A stretch of DNA of 64,000 nt. Origin: Lingula anatina. Taxonomy: Eukaryota > Animalia > Brachiopoda. Under the pieces are notes generated by a model that worked only from the letters and a program-made list of their open reading frames with translations, was not told where the DNA came from and ran no database searches. Position numbers and translations under genes: made by a program. Of this stretch, positions 23,735 through 36,600 are shown piece after piece (position 1 is the first letter of the stretch; every line of letters starts with the position of its first letter). The DNA lies in NCBI GenBank assembly GCA_051362555.1, contig CM120642.1, forward strand, positions 7,626,001 to 7,690,000, given 5' to 3'.

Positions 23735-26700
23735 CTACACATTCGTCTCTCTGTCTACAACCTCCTTTTCATCTTCCACTTGTACATAACAGTCATTTTC
23801 ACCAATCGCTTGTTTTAGATCGATCAAAGTATTACTGCTGCCCCTTTCGCCATGACAGTTTTCAATAACAATTGGCTGTGATGCCAACCCACTCTTTAAT
23901 GAGGCCACATCAGTAGGAGAGCCCTCTCCACCATTGCCCACATCAATCTGAGAAAGGCCCAGAGATTCCAAACCAGGAGAGAGAGCAACATCCGAGCCAT
24001 CAGACAGTTGCAAAGCATCTAAATATTTTGGGCCATCTGTTGTTGGAGTGCTGGAACAACTAGAGGAGAGGCTCCCATCTTTCACAGTGACATACTCTCC
24101 CCTGTTATCCTGGGAGGCTCTGATCTTCTTCAGCTTCTTCTTCCTGGTTTGGCCAGCGGCCAATTCTGCTGAGTCATCTTCCTCCACCTGTGCATGGTGA
24201 TGCCTGTGGCCTGACACAGCTGCAGTGATTTTGCTGGTCAACTTCTCAATGCTTGAGCTTGCTCTCACGGGTGTTGAGGAGTTTCCTTTGCGAAGCTTTC
24301 TAGGCTTTTTCTTTTTTGGGGTGTAGTCTCTGCTGGCAAAATCCATGGAGTCCCATTCGGGCTCCCAGTCGTCATCACTGTCATCAAAAGTTTTCTGGCG
24401 CAGCAATGGTGATTCGATGGTTACAGCACGCATTTTCTTCTTGTATGTTTTCTTCGGTTGTCTTTTCTCCACAGCCTCTGTCTCAATGAACACCCGTTCA
24501 TCATCCATTACAGGTTGCTGCTGGGATGTTTTGGATGTTTCTACGGATTGTTCGCCAAGGGTGGTGGTAGTAATGACCATATTGTCATGACAAGCCAGTG
24601 CTGATGAAGAGGATTCAGAATCAGCAGGATCATCAGACAAGGTTCTAAAGAAAGTTGATTTTCCAACGGTAACTTCCGTTTTACCCATTTCTACTTCTGG
24701 GCTGCCATTCCATCTACTACTGCTATTGCCATCTGTTTTTGATATACTACTGGTCATTTCTAAAGAATTGTCTTTGCTCAGTTGGTGCACCTCGTCCCTG
24801 CTGGCAAACGTCACCATACGTTGTGGAGGAAGAGCTAGGACAGCATCACTGGTATCACTATGACGACGAGCATCAAAACTCACCATGCTGTAATCAGTAG
24901 AGCCTCGGGATGCTGAACGCCCACGCTGGGGCGGCAATTCAGTCTCAAGGATGGGATCGAGGAGACCATCTTGTTGGATCCACTCTGTCTCTGCAGCATC
25001 TCCCTCAGTAATTTCATCCATCATGTTCCTCAGCATCTGATTCTCCCTCACCAACTGTTGTAGGAGGCTGTCGTTCTTACGCATGCCACTCGGGGGACTG
25101 ATGCTATTTGATGTCACTGAATCCTGCCGAGTCTCTGCCAGGATGGGGCGTGAAGAGGCAGATGGGGTCTTGGACATTTCTTCCTCCTCCTCTTCGTTTG
25201 GTTCTTCCCCAACAGATTCCAGTTTTCCTTGATGAGAAGGGAAGTCTCTGGTAGGGCTGAGGGCCCTTGGACTTAGTTCTGTGCTACTCCTGGGTAAACT
25301 GTCTACACTGCTGGCCTGATCAACCAAGATGGATGGAAGTGGCGCTGTCAGGTGACTTCCTGGGTTGTTGTCCAAGTCATACTTCACTTTCTGAAGTTTC
25401 TGGTGGAGAAGCTTTGCATGCTCTTTTGTTGGCCCCGTGTCCGTCACATCTCCTCTGTACTGTGTCTGCAGTTGCTCCTCAGCTCCACCCTCATTTTCAT
25501 CTGAAGAGTACATTTCTTGGTCACGCATTGCCATGATGGCTGCCCTAAACAGCTGCCAGTCACCGAAAGTCATTCCCATGACCAGTTTTAGCTCATCTAG
25601 ATCACAGTTGATGAGGACTATACCAGTGATGTTGTTTCCTCTAATTCTGTCCTGGTATTCTGGAAGTGCTGTTGCATTCAATCCCTCTATTTTTTCCAAT
25701 AACAAACACACACCCTCCACTGTTAATGCTGCTAATTTGATCTAAAAATCCAAAAAGAAAGAAAAATTCTTAGTTAAATGTACACATTAAGAACCATGCC
25801 AACAACATGGTATAAATTTGCTATCCACATATCAATCTAATTAAAGCAATAGTTTTACCTGTAGTGTTTATTCATTTAATTGGAAAACAATAGCAGCTCA
25901 AAACAAATGTTCATACCCAATATCATTGCAAAAACAAACTTAAACAATTTTAATATCAATGCTCTCAATAAATCCCAAAGACCAATGTTTATACCATTAC
26001 ACTTACCCCTTGAGGTACTTTTGTATGGGTCCTTTTGGATGTGCTTTGCCATGGGGTAATGTTCCCATACTGCACAGGCATGCCATAAGGCATGGCTGGC
26101 ATGGGGCCAAAGGGACTAGGGTACCCATAAGGCATCACTGGGTACCCATAGGGCCCTGGGGATACTTGGCTGCCAGGGTCCACTGTGGCAGCTCTGTTAC
26201 GTTTACGGAGCTGCCCTATTTGTGTAGCTCGAGGGTCGGAGGAAGACAATAGCTGGGGTGTTGAACATGCAGTTGCCAGTGGTCGAAAAGGAACTGAATA
26301 GTCCATGTTGACCGTCTGGATGTTGTCTTGTTGTTCTTTGAACTCTGAAAACGTAAACAAAGGAAAATTGCCATTTTGATATCAGGAGAAACAAGAAGAA
26401 AAAAATTAAAATAGAAATGATCGCATCGTGCCTAGTTCTGAACTTGGCCAACATTTTAGGGCCACAAGAAACAGAAAAAAAAGGGTTCCAGCTTTAACAG
26501 GGTCACCATTTGTATAACACATTGTCCACAAGGCCAAAATCATTGAGTCACCAGACCATGTCCACTTTCAAAATTGACCTGTATTTAAAAACACTGAGTA
26601 ATCACCATTAATTTGAAACAGAATGACATTAGTGCCTGCGGTAGCACTAAATAAATAAATAAAAATGTGTGAGGCTCCAGCTCTGACTCCCACAACAGAT

Positions 26701-29700
26701 ATTTCAGTGTCATCAACTCTGGTCACTAGGACAGAGCCAGGTGCCGATATTATGTATGGACTATGCTGTATCTATAAATAAAAATTCACTGGCCAAATCA
26801 TAACCTTCATCTATACAAATAACAACAGAAATTGCAAGTATTTGGAACTGTTTACTCAAAAATAAACTTTAAAAAAATTCATATTGGGAGTTAAGGTCTT
26901 CACCATAACTGCATTTTTATATGAAACACTCCCAAATCTTTATGCACACTAACACACTCAAACATATGCAGACACACTCTTGGATCAGATCTATTTAGAC
27001 ACGCCCATCATAACCAACTCCAACATTCCCTGGCAATCATCTTTCCCCCAATTGCAAATTACCTTTGATCAGCTTCCTGAGGTAGGGGTCTATACTAATG
27101 CTACAAGGCAGTAGTCTTCTGATGTCGCCAACGGTCAGCTGCGGAGTGAAGCTTGCAAGGAACACTTCCAACTTCTGAGGGTTGCGGTCAATTTCTATCA
27201 AAGGATGGAGCTCCTTTGGCGGTAGGAAAGGTGTGATCCTAGTAAAATTCAATACACAATTCTTCACACTTCACTGTATTGTTTTTTACTTCACTGCACA
27301 GTTCAAGTGTGAACAGTAAACCAAAATCTACTTCGGTGGGTGACTAAAAGAACTGGCACTTTTTAGGACACTTCTCACCATAGAACTTTTGATGACTGAT
27401 TCAGGGGGAGAAAGGGTAGGGTTCTTAAAAGAGCATAATGAGACAAAACCTTAAGTTTTATTTTTTTTGAGTGAAATGAGGCAGAACTTTTATCCTCTGT
27501 CTGCCTTATCAAATAAAGCTTCTTAGTAAAATTTTTAAAAATCTGGTTGAGAAGTCGTCCTGGGACAATTTTTTTTCCAAAATATGCAAATAATAATAAT
27601 AATAAAATGAAAAATAAAATAAAATAAATAAATAAACTCATAAATTTGAAGTAAAATGAATATGCAGTTTGGCAGTTACAAAGGGATGCCTACAGTGATT
27701 GTGAAGTCAGGGGCAGTCAAGACAATCAGAAGATTTATAGCCATTAAGAATGTCTGGTCGTAAAAACTGAAGAATGGTAGATATGTTGAGTCATAGTCTG
27801 AAATCTAGACAAACTACGGTTTGTGGCAAGAACAGCCATGGAGGCTATCCATAATTCAATATATTTAGGTATATGTCTTTGACATTTCTCCTTTGCTTTT
27901 TAATGAAAAAGAAAAAAGCAAGATGAGGCAATGAACGCAGCTAAAACTGAAACACCAATTCACTTTGAATAAAAAACATATAATATAGTAATTTTCATAG
28001 TATGCATATGATCATACAATCATCAGGAAAAAAATCATGGAGTCAGGGCGATCAAAATTACAATGATCTTACTTGTCATATATATCCTTCAGAGTGACTT
28101 TGTCATCCAGCGGGGCAGTTTTCTCCTGCTGTTCAAAGTACCACAGTATCCAGGAGGTCCTATATGGCCACTGCTCCGTCAGATTAACCCAGTGAGAGAG
28201 GCGATACCAACAAAAATCTATATTGTAGGCACGCAGAAGGCGACCTGATGAACAAACAGACAATAATTATAATGAATTATATGAATAATGATGATTTATA
28301 TTCATTACAACAGATGTCAGTTTAATTATGCAAGGTACCGATGAACTGTGGGTTTTAATAAAAACCTGAAGCTTGTTGGTTTTACAAATTTTAAACTGAT
28401 TAAAATCCTCATCTTTATGAACCTGTTCAATCCTAAATGGATGTTGCCTTCCCCAGGAGCATCCATACCCAGACATATACCTTGTCCACTGTAGTGTATA
28501 ATTTTACGCCAGAAGATGAAAATGTACAATAAAGATACAATATAGTATATTACTAATCATACAGTGCAGATTTTTACTATTGAGCCTGAATGACTCTAGA
28601 TCTTGTGTTCAATTGCTGGTAGATACAGCACTGTCTTTACAATTTCTCCTAGCAAGGGCATTAGTGAGGTACTGAGCTAATATAGCTTACTTCACTGGGT
28701 GGATTTATTTACCAGGGTGGATTTATTTACCAGGGTGGATGAAAAAGACAATATAAATATAATTTTAGTGAATATGTTATTAAACAATTACACTGAGTAA
28801 GACTATTTACTAACTTACTAAAAAAATTAACTCGAGTTTCTATTACTACTACAGTACTACTAAATTGCCAATGGGTGCAGCACTGTCTTCTAGATCCCTC
28901 CTAGCAAAAGCGGAGGAGAGAAACTGAGCTAGTGCAATGAGGGTTTCTTCTTCTTGAGATTTCATAATATAAATAGGGTTTTGTGCTCTTTGCATGTCGC
29001 AATAATGATGACAAAATATCCACCTATTGTTCTTCAACCAAAGCTAGTATGATGTTTTATAACTACTAGTACAGTGTTTTGTTTGCTCATATTTGAGTTA
29101 TCACTCATGATAACTGGCATTATGTTTACCATGACCAGACAGATGTTCAAATGTATAGACAAGTTTCTGAATTCATTGCTGGCCAGAAAAATGTTACAAC
29201 AGAGACAATGTTAAGACCCCATTGAGAGTATTCCTACAGGTTACATATTGATCACCTACCAGTACTTTGTCACTTGAAAAATATTGCATAACATTTTGAT
29301 GACAATGTACACTTGTAAATCCAGTTATAGGTTCAAAAAATTTTAATTTGTTTAAATATCATTTCAACTTGGTGTCTGATCAGTTTTAGAAACAGACGAA
29401 GATGAAAAAATGAATAAAAAACAAAATGTATGTTGTTTAAGTCAAAATTGTCATCGGGAAGGAGATGCCATAGATTAGAACCAGATGCAGGCCTGCTCAA
29501 TAAAAATTGGTTATTAGCTAAATTATAGGTTTATATTATAAAAACCACAAGAATTTCCCAACTGGAGAGGCTGGTATTTGTATAATACAATTAGAATCCT
29601 TGAAGCCCAAGGTATGAAAATCATACATTTTATGTACAACCATTACTGTCACTGGTCTTTCTCACAATGACAGTCAGATGACTGACCATGAGCCCCAGTT

Positions 29701-32700
29701 TGCCTTATATCCACTTTTTGGATGTCGGTTAATCTCCCCCTCCCATTTCAACTGTACTCCTACTTCATAGGGAGATGTGCTATGTACATGCCTATATACA
29801 TGCATGCACGTATAAATCTTTGCGTGCTTCAAACATGCGCTCATACCTGTTATTGCGACAATATTCACCAGTCTTCTCATACTGCGTGGGTTGATATCGC
29901 TGAAGTAGTCCCCCGAAATGGTAGGTCTGGCAAGGTCTAGTGTGGACCCCTGCCGTGACATTGCCCCGCCCCCACCGACACTCCCCACAGATGAGAACAC
30001 ATTGCCAGACATAGAATAGGCCCGCCTGCGTTCTGAGGTCTTGGAGTGCATGGGAACTGACAACTGAGAGAAGCTGGAGTCCTGTCTCTAAATAATGAAA
30101 GAGAGAGAATGAGGGGTCAAAAGTATATAAAAGATATAATATATCTAATAGGATGATTACAATTCTTAAATATGTTGATATTCTATATGCAGTTTAGTCT
30201 CCACACAACTCATCACTTTATAAGGAATTATACTTTCTTGTTCCTCAATGAACAAGTCTTATTCTTCATCCACATTTACAAACTTTTTAGGGATCGAGTT
30301 AGTTGAAACTTATATTAATGGAGGCTGCACAATGCAAATCTATGCATAACCTCAAACAAATTTTCCTGTTTCAAAAAGACAGAGTAATATGGATTGTATT
30401 CTATTTGTCAATGAGACACAATGTACATAATTGTGTCTTATGTAGGCTGCATTATATGCAATTGCAAATGACTTATTTTGACAATTACAAACATGACAAT
30501 GGTTTCACAGTAAAATGACAATGACAGTGTGACAATAACACCACAGTCTAAGCACATAAACACCAGAAATTAGAGATCCAATAATTTATAATGATACATA
30601 TTGTGTATGTATGTGTGTTCACATTTGCAGGTTTGAATGCATTTGTGTATATGCATGAGTATGCATGAACTTAGTTGCTCTCTGCCCCATGTTGGGTAAA
30701 TGCTTCCTCAGCACTTACCTAGTGAACCTTTTTTTTTTACTGAAAGGATATTTTTTTGATTGTGACCAATTCAAACTCACCATGGAATGGTATAAAGCCC
30801 TTTGAATTGAATGTTCCTGACACCCCCTACTGTCAATGTTTGGCCGGGTGGGTGGGGCAAAATGCATGGGGTGGGGTGTGTGAAGCAATAGAAAGATTAA
30901 GGTATGTGCAAGGATGTACTGTGCTTTATTTTAGGTAGATTTTTTAGTGGATAGTATTTATGTGCAAATAGAGATTTACAGTAAATATCAAAAATATATT
31001 GTTTAATCACTTGTAATTCTTTTGGGGGAAACTCAAATCAATAGTAAAAAGATTCCTGCTATTTTATTTTTTATCAATTTATTCAGTAATCACTTTCACT
31101 GAACTGAACGCATGGCTTTTCCCACCGAACCATTCGGCCGTCATTTGGACAGCTGTCAGCATCACTGGACAGCCTACATTTTCTAAATTGGCTGGGCAGA
31201 ATATGAACTTCTTTGAAAAATTATGGCATTGGACTCCCTGAAATATTGTAGGAAATTACAGACGATCATTTTGGACAGCCTGTACCCCAATCCTGGGAAA
31301 AGCCCTGATTGAACATCAAACAAAATTGCCTTTTCTTTTCTTTCTTTTTCTGGTGGGGTGGAGTGAGGGGATAAAAGCAGATTCTATAAATTCCATTTTA
31401 CACAACCCCATAAACAAAATCATTCATAACAGTCAATGTCATAATTTGCTCTGCAAGTGTTCTGTTTTCGTGATACTATTGCCTTCACTGTTACACTACC
31501 TGTAGTCATATAAATAAATCATGCATTTCAAGATCAAATCAAAACCATCAATATTAAACAAAATAAAAATTACATAGTCAAATGAAGTTGATTCTGATTG
31601 TGATACATATGAAGTGCTTTCATTTAGGTTGTTTTAAATTAAATTACTGTTGAAGTACAAGTAAAGTAATTCCTATTCTGTTCAAGGGGGAAGTATGAGT
31701 TAGTCAGCCCAGAAAAACAAGCCTTGGTCACTGACTGATCAAGAAAAATATTGTCTTTTAAATAAAAGTATTCTACAAATTCTTTAAAATGAATCATCAT
31801 TAGTAGTGTTATATAAAATAAATAAATAAATAATTTATTTATTAAATTAATAAAAGGTAATATTTAGAAATGAAATCAGAATTTGCCTTCAAATCAAGCA
31901 GAGCATGAGGAAATCATTTAACATGCAAAATGCTTGAGCCTGAACAACAAGCATAAGAAGATACTTTCATGTCAACTAAAAATATTTACTTATTAAACAT
32001 CTAAACCCTCTTGTCCTTCTGCATATACCATTAATAAAATTTAACAATGTTGCCAACATTGCCTAACTGGCTTCCTTGTATACTGATCAAATTGAACAAA
32101 AACAACAATAATAATGTTTTTTTTCAGCCAATTACATAATAAAAAATAACAAAAAGTTATACACAAATTTAGTATTAGACAAAAGTGGACAACTATACTT
32201 CAAAAACTATTGCCTATCATTAATAAATTGAATTTAAAGAAAAAAATGAATCATTTCAACCAGTGGTATCATGAAAATTATTGGTTATCAATGGTTATTA
32301 TCAGCTGAAGCTAAAAGCTGTTAGTCCACATACAGAGACTAAGGCAAGCACAATTATATGAATACCTATAGCTACAAGGCAGCAGGGAAAGGGAAGGGGG
32401 GGGGGGGGCGCTGGTGTCACTGTGCATGTGTTATTATATGCTAGTATGCATGCATATCTGGGATGGTGTAGGTCTTACTGCATGTGCAATACAAATGTAC
32501 AAACAAATAAACAAAAAAGGCATTATGACTAAATCAATTCAATAATGAATCAGCCACCACCATTTTCATAAAGGTACAGAATATCCTAATACTGCGATTA
32601 CAATTCATTATTATTGGACGTGCAAAGCAAAGTTTAGTTATTTGATTTAACAAAAATCATTATTTGATCAATTTGATCACCATTATTAATTAAGCTTTAC

Positions 32701-35700
32701 AAAAAAGGTGAAAATTACCAGGACTTTTTACCCTAATTCTACCCCAACAAATATTGGCACTGGCAGGTCCACGCATCTTATATATATTAAATCCTAACAA
32801 TTTTCTCTATAAATCTTCATTATGATATAATATAATGACAAATACTATAATTATAACCATACAAAAATATTTGTTTGTGTAAACATCATTCAATTTTAAT
32901 AACAGAACTTCTCAGGGAAAAGTGTCAAATCCAAACAGATAATATTTTTCTCCTTTTTAAAAAATCTCCAGCGCACTGCGAAGTCTAAATTCACTTGCGG
33001 CTCAAAATTATTAAGAATTTATAGATGCATGGACCAGACGCCACATCTGTTTCCACTTACTCCAGGAACGTCTAGAAACACCCGGTGCTGACTGGATACT
33101 GAACTGGTCTAATCAAATAACAAAATCATGTCAAAACACACACATTTTTAAAAATATAAAGTGAAATCAGATAGGACCTTAACAGTGAAAATGCACTGGT
33201 AGATATAGTCTAATCAAATAAACAAAATCAAGTCAAAACAATATATTGAAATAATAAAAGGTGAGTCAGGTAAAGGGAGGACCGTTTAACTGAAGACGTG
33301 CTTTATTTCCCCTGCATCTACAACTAGGATAAAAATGCTGTGAAACTGCAAAGTTTGTAAGTTGTAACTAATGAGAAAATCTGAAGATATAAAATATGAT
33401 GGAATATACAACTGCTTAGAGTTAAAAAAAATATTGGTTCATTGCATCAATAGCAATATTTTAAATAGTATGAAAGTGAATTTTTAACAGATCTGTTATT
33501 TCATAGGCAGTTCCTGTCCATCATGGTAAATAATTTTATTATGCTTTGAAACTGAAATATAAAACTGTGATATTCCTGTGGACTTTCATTCTCTTCCCAC
33601 TATCAACCTTTGTGTATGTTTTATAACCATATGATTTTATCAAATACATTCTAAATTTCAATTTAATTCAGAACTTGCAATTAAACAAATAGTATTATTA
33701 CAGACTTTCTGAACTGTATCAAACAACATTATTGACCTGACCTAACATTTTTTTGTAGCAGTCGATGAAAATAATTATAACAGCATAAGAGCACAAAGAT
33801 GAAAATTCATATTCTAAGTCAGATTTTCTTCAAACAACAGCTCTACTCAGAGTACCATGCACTCAAATGTTCTTGTAACTTTTAAATCAGTAAGTTTAAT
33901 TTATACTCTGTTTGACACTTTGAAATAATTTTTTTATTTATCTGTTTAAAGGTTGGATTATCGATAAATAATTTAGAATATATACACACACATAACTGTC
34001 ATATAAAATTTCTCCATGATGACAGAGCTACGTATATTTTCATAGAACAAAATAATGATGAAATTATGAAACAGAAAGGTAACTTCCTACATGTACAATA
34101 TTTACTTTATCCAGCAGTTGTTACATAATATGAAGGCATCTTGTAAGACAATGCCGTATATATTGGATTGCAAAAACTTGAGTTTAACTACGTACTACAG
34201 TCATTGAAAAAACCTTCAATGTGACCTTGAGGGTATGTCACAGCTGATGTAATTCTTCCTGAATATTCACATTATGCTAGCAATCCCAGCTAGGTCAAGT
34301 ACATGGGCTTGGATGCATATTTCATGAAACAGCTTCACACAGAAGTTGAGTTGCCATAGTAACCATGTTTTAAACCTTCAATTCTGGGTCAGATATGCAA
34401 ATATTTTTTCTTGTGGCTGATTAGTAACGTAAATATATATAATATGAACGTATACATAGAGATTGATAGTTGTCAAATTCAGTCGTACAAGTTGTAAAAC
34501 TAAGTACAATTTTGAGCATACCTCTATTTCAGAGGCAAAAAAGTTTTGCCCCCCTCTCCCAAAAAGGGTCATTGTATTACAGAATGATATTTTTTTCTAG
34601 TGCAAACATGCAATCCATTTCTAAGCTCAGAGAAAAAGAAAATGCATTCTATCTTGAAATGAAATTGCAAAATAAAGTCAAACAATTTTTCAATCACGAG
34701 TGGTTATACTAGTACTGTCCACTTCAACCAACACTCTTTTTAGTCTTATAAATAACTTAAAAGCACAACACACCAAGAAACAAACCTCCAGAAGTAAGGG
34801 ACACACTTGAAATAAACTGTTAATAATCAAGGCATAAGAGACTATATCATCAAAAATTCTAACAGCAACACATGTATATTTAAGCCAAAGAAAAAATTAA
34901 TGACATCAGGTTTGAAATAAAAAAGTCTGTCACTTACCCTAAATCGCACATCATTATTTGAGCTGAATTCACTAACACTCCCATTCTCTAAATTCTTGCT
35001 AGCCTTCGGCAGTATTCCCTGACTTTGGAGGTAGAAGGGCAAGTGGACCATGTTTCGCAGATAGTCATTTCCCGTGATATTGGAGTCGTGAAACACCAGG
35101 TTGAGGTTGGTCTCGATGCCCTTGATGATGACATGGGGGTCCACAGCCAAAATGAGTATAAACGGCGAGTCTTGGTCCGAGAACAGGTTGTTCACAGTAT
35201 CGAAGACTTGCAAAACCTTATCTTGCTCGCAGCTGTCAAGACCGTCCACAATCACCACCAACCTGGTCTTGTTTCCCATGAAAGCATCATGACAGTTGAC
35301 GATTTTGGACATCAATTTCACCTCAGATTTTAACATCTGGAGCATTCCCTCCAGTTTCAGAGAATCGAAGCTGTCGGCGGTCTTCAGAGTTCTTTTGTGT
35401 TGGGAGATTAGAAGTGACGTTATTATCTGCCACCAGGTGACGATGTTTGCAATCAAGACAACCCCAACAATGCACACTATGGTGATCAAGATGGCGTTGA
35501 TGGTTAAGTTGTCATGGAGTTTAGCACTTATTCCGTGTATGCTTACCAACACAACCCCCACAATGAGACATGTGAAGACAAGTGCAGCAATAAGGAAATT
35601 TGGGATGCAGCAAACGGATTTGAAACGGCCGTATGTGTGACCTGGAATAAAAAGGAATTTAATTGGTGTGCGTAAAAACAGGTGGAATGATTTACAGTCT

Positions 35701-36516
35701 TATTTTGTAATCTTACTTCCGGATTAAGATTTAAACACTTAATTTAAGTATGAGAAACATGACAAATACCCTTAGGTTTGAAAACTCTGTAAAGTCTTGT
35801 GATGAGCATTCCGTACTCTTCCTCCATAGCTTCACAAAGGGAGGCCACCATCATGGCAATTGATTTCTCTGCCCCCACACTGGTCAGCTTCATGTAGTCA
35901 CTGAACATGAACCTAAAATTCCAAATAAATCATGCATATTATTTAAAAATAACAGATACAAACTTTTATCAATAAAAACAACAATAAAAAAGCAGAAGAC
36001 ATGCAAGTAAAGACAACTTTACAGAATGGACATACCTTAAAAGAAGACACTGGTTGATATTAGCCATCACTCTACTTATTCATCCTGAAAATCTTTGTAC
36101 ACTGTCAGTTTATAAACAACCAGCTCTAGTCCTTTCACACATTTCTAATTGTCCTTGCCCTTCTCCAGGCTGATGACTACACCATCAAGGGACTAACCAA
36201 GCTAAATAATATAATTCTAATACTGCTGGCATGGAAAATATCCCACCTTATTCCAGGCATCTGATTAGGGTCTATGTTTTTGGGTGGGTTACAGAAGACC
36301 ATTTTGACGAGGAGAAAGAGGAAGCTGAGTTTCTTCTCGAGCAGACTACTAATGTGAAGTGCCCACCTCCATTGTTTCCTCTTACAACCAACCCACACAA
36401 TGCCTGGAATACAGAATCTTTGTTTCATTACGGATGCCTTATTTTTAAACCTATTTATTTATTCACTTCTTATACCAATTTTCTCATCTACTTTTCTATT
36501 TATTTATGCATTACAA

Positions 36517-36600
<84 letters not shown>

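Noticed and set aside
24345-26252. Plus-strand ORFs overlapping KIDINS220 exons (also 35025-35640)
   Set aside because: Antisense shadows of coding exons, with no splice context or motifs of their own.
30712-30740. Strong donor TAG|GTAAGT suggesting a 9-nt stop-containing microexon in KIDINS220
   Set aside because: The upstream acceptor context is poly-A rather than pyrimidine-rich; not supportable without transcripts.
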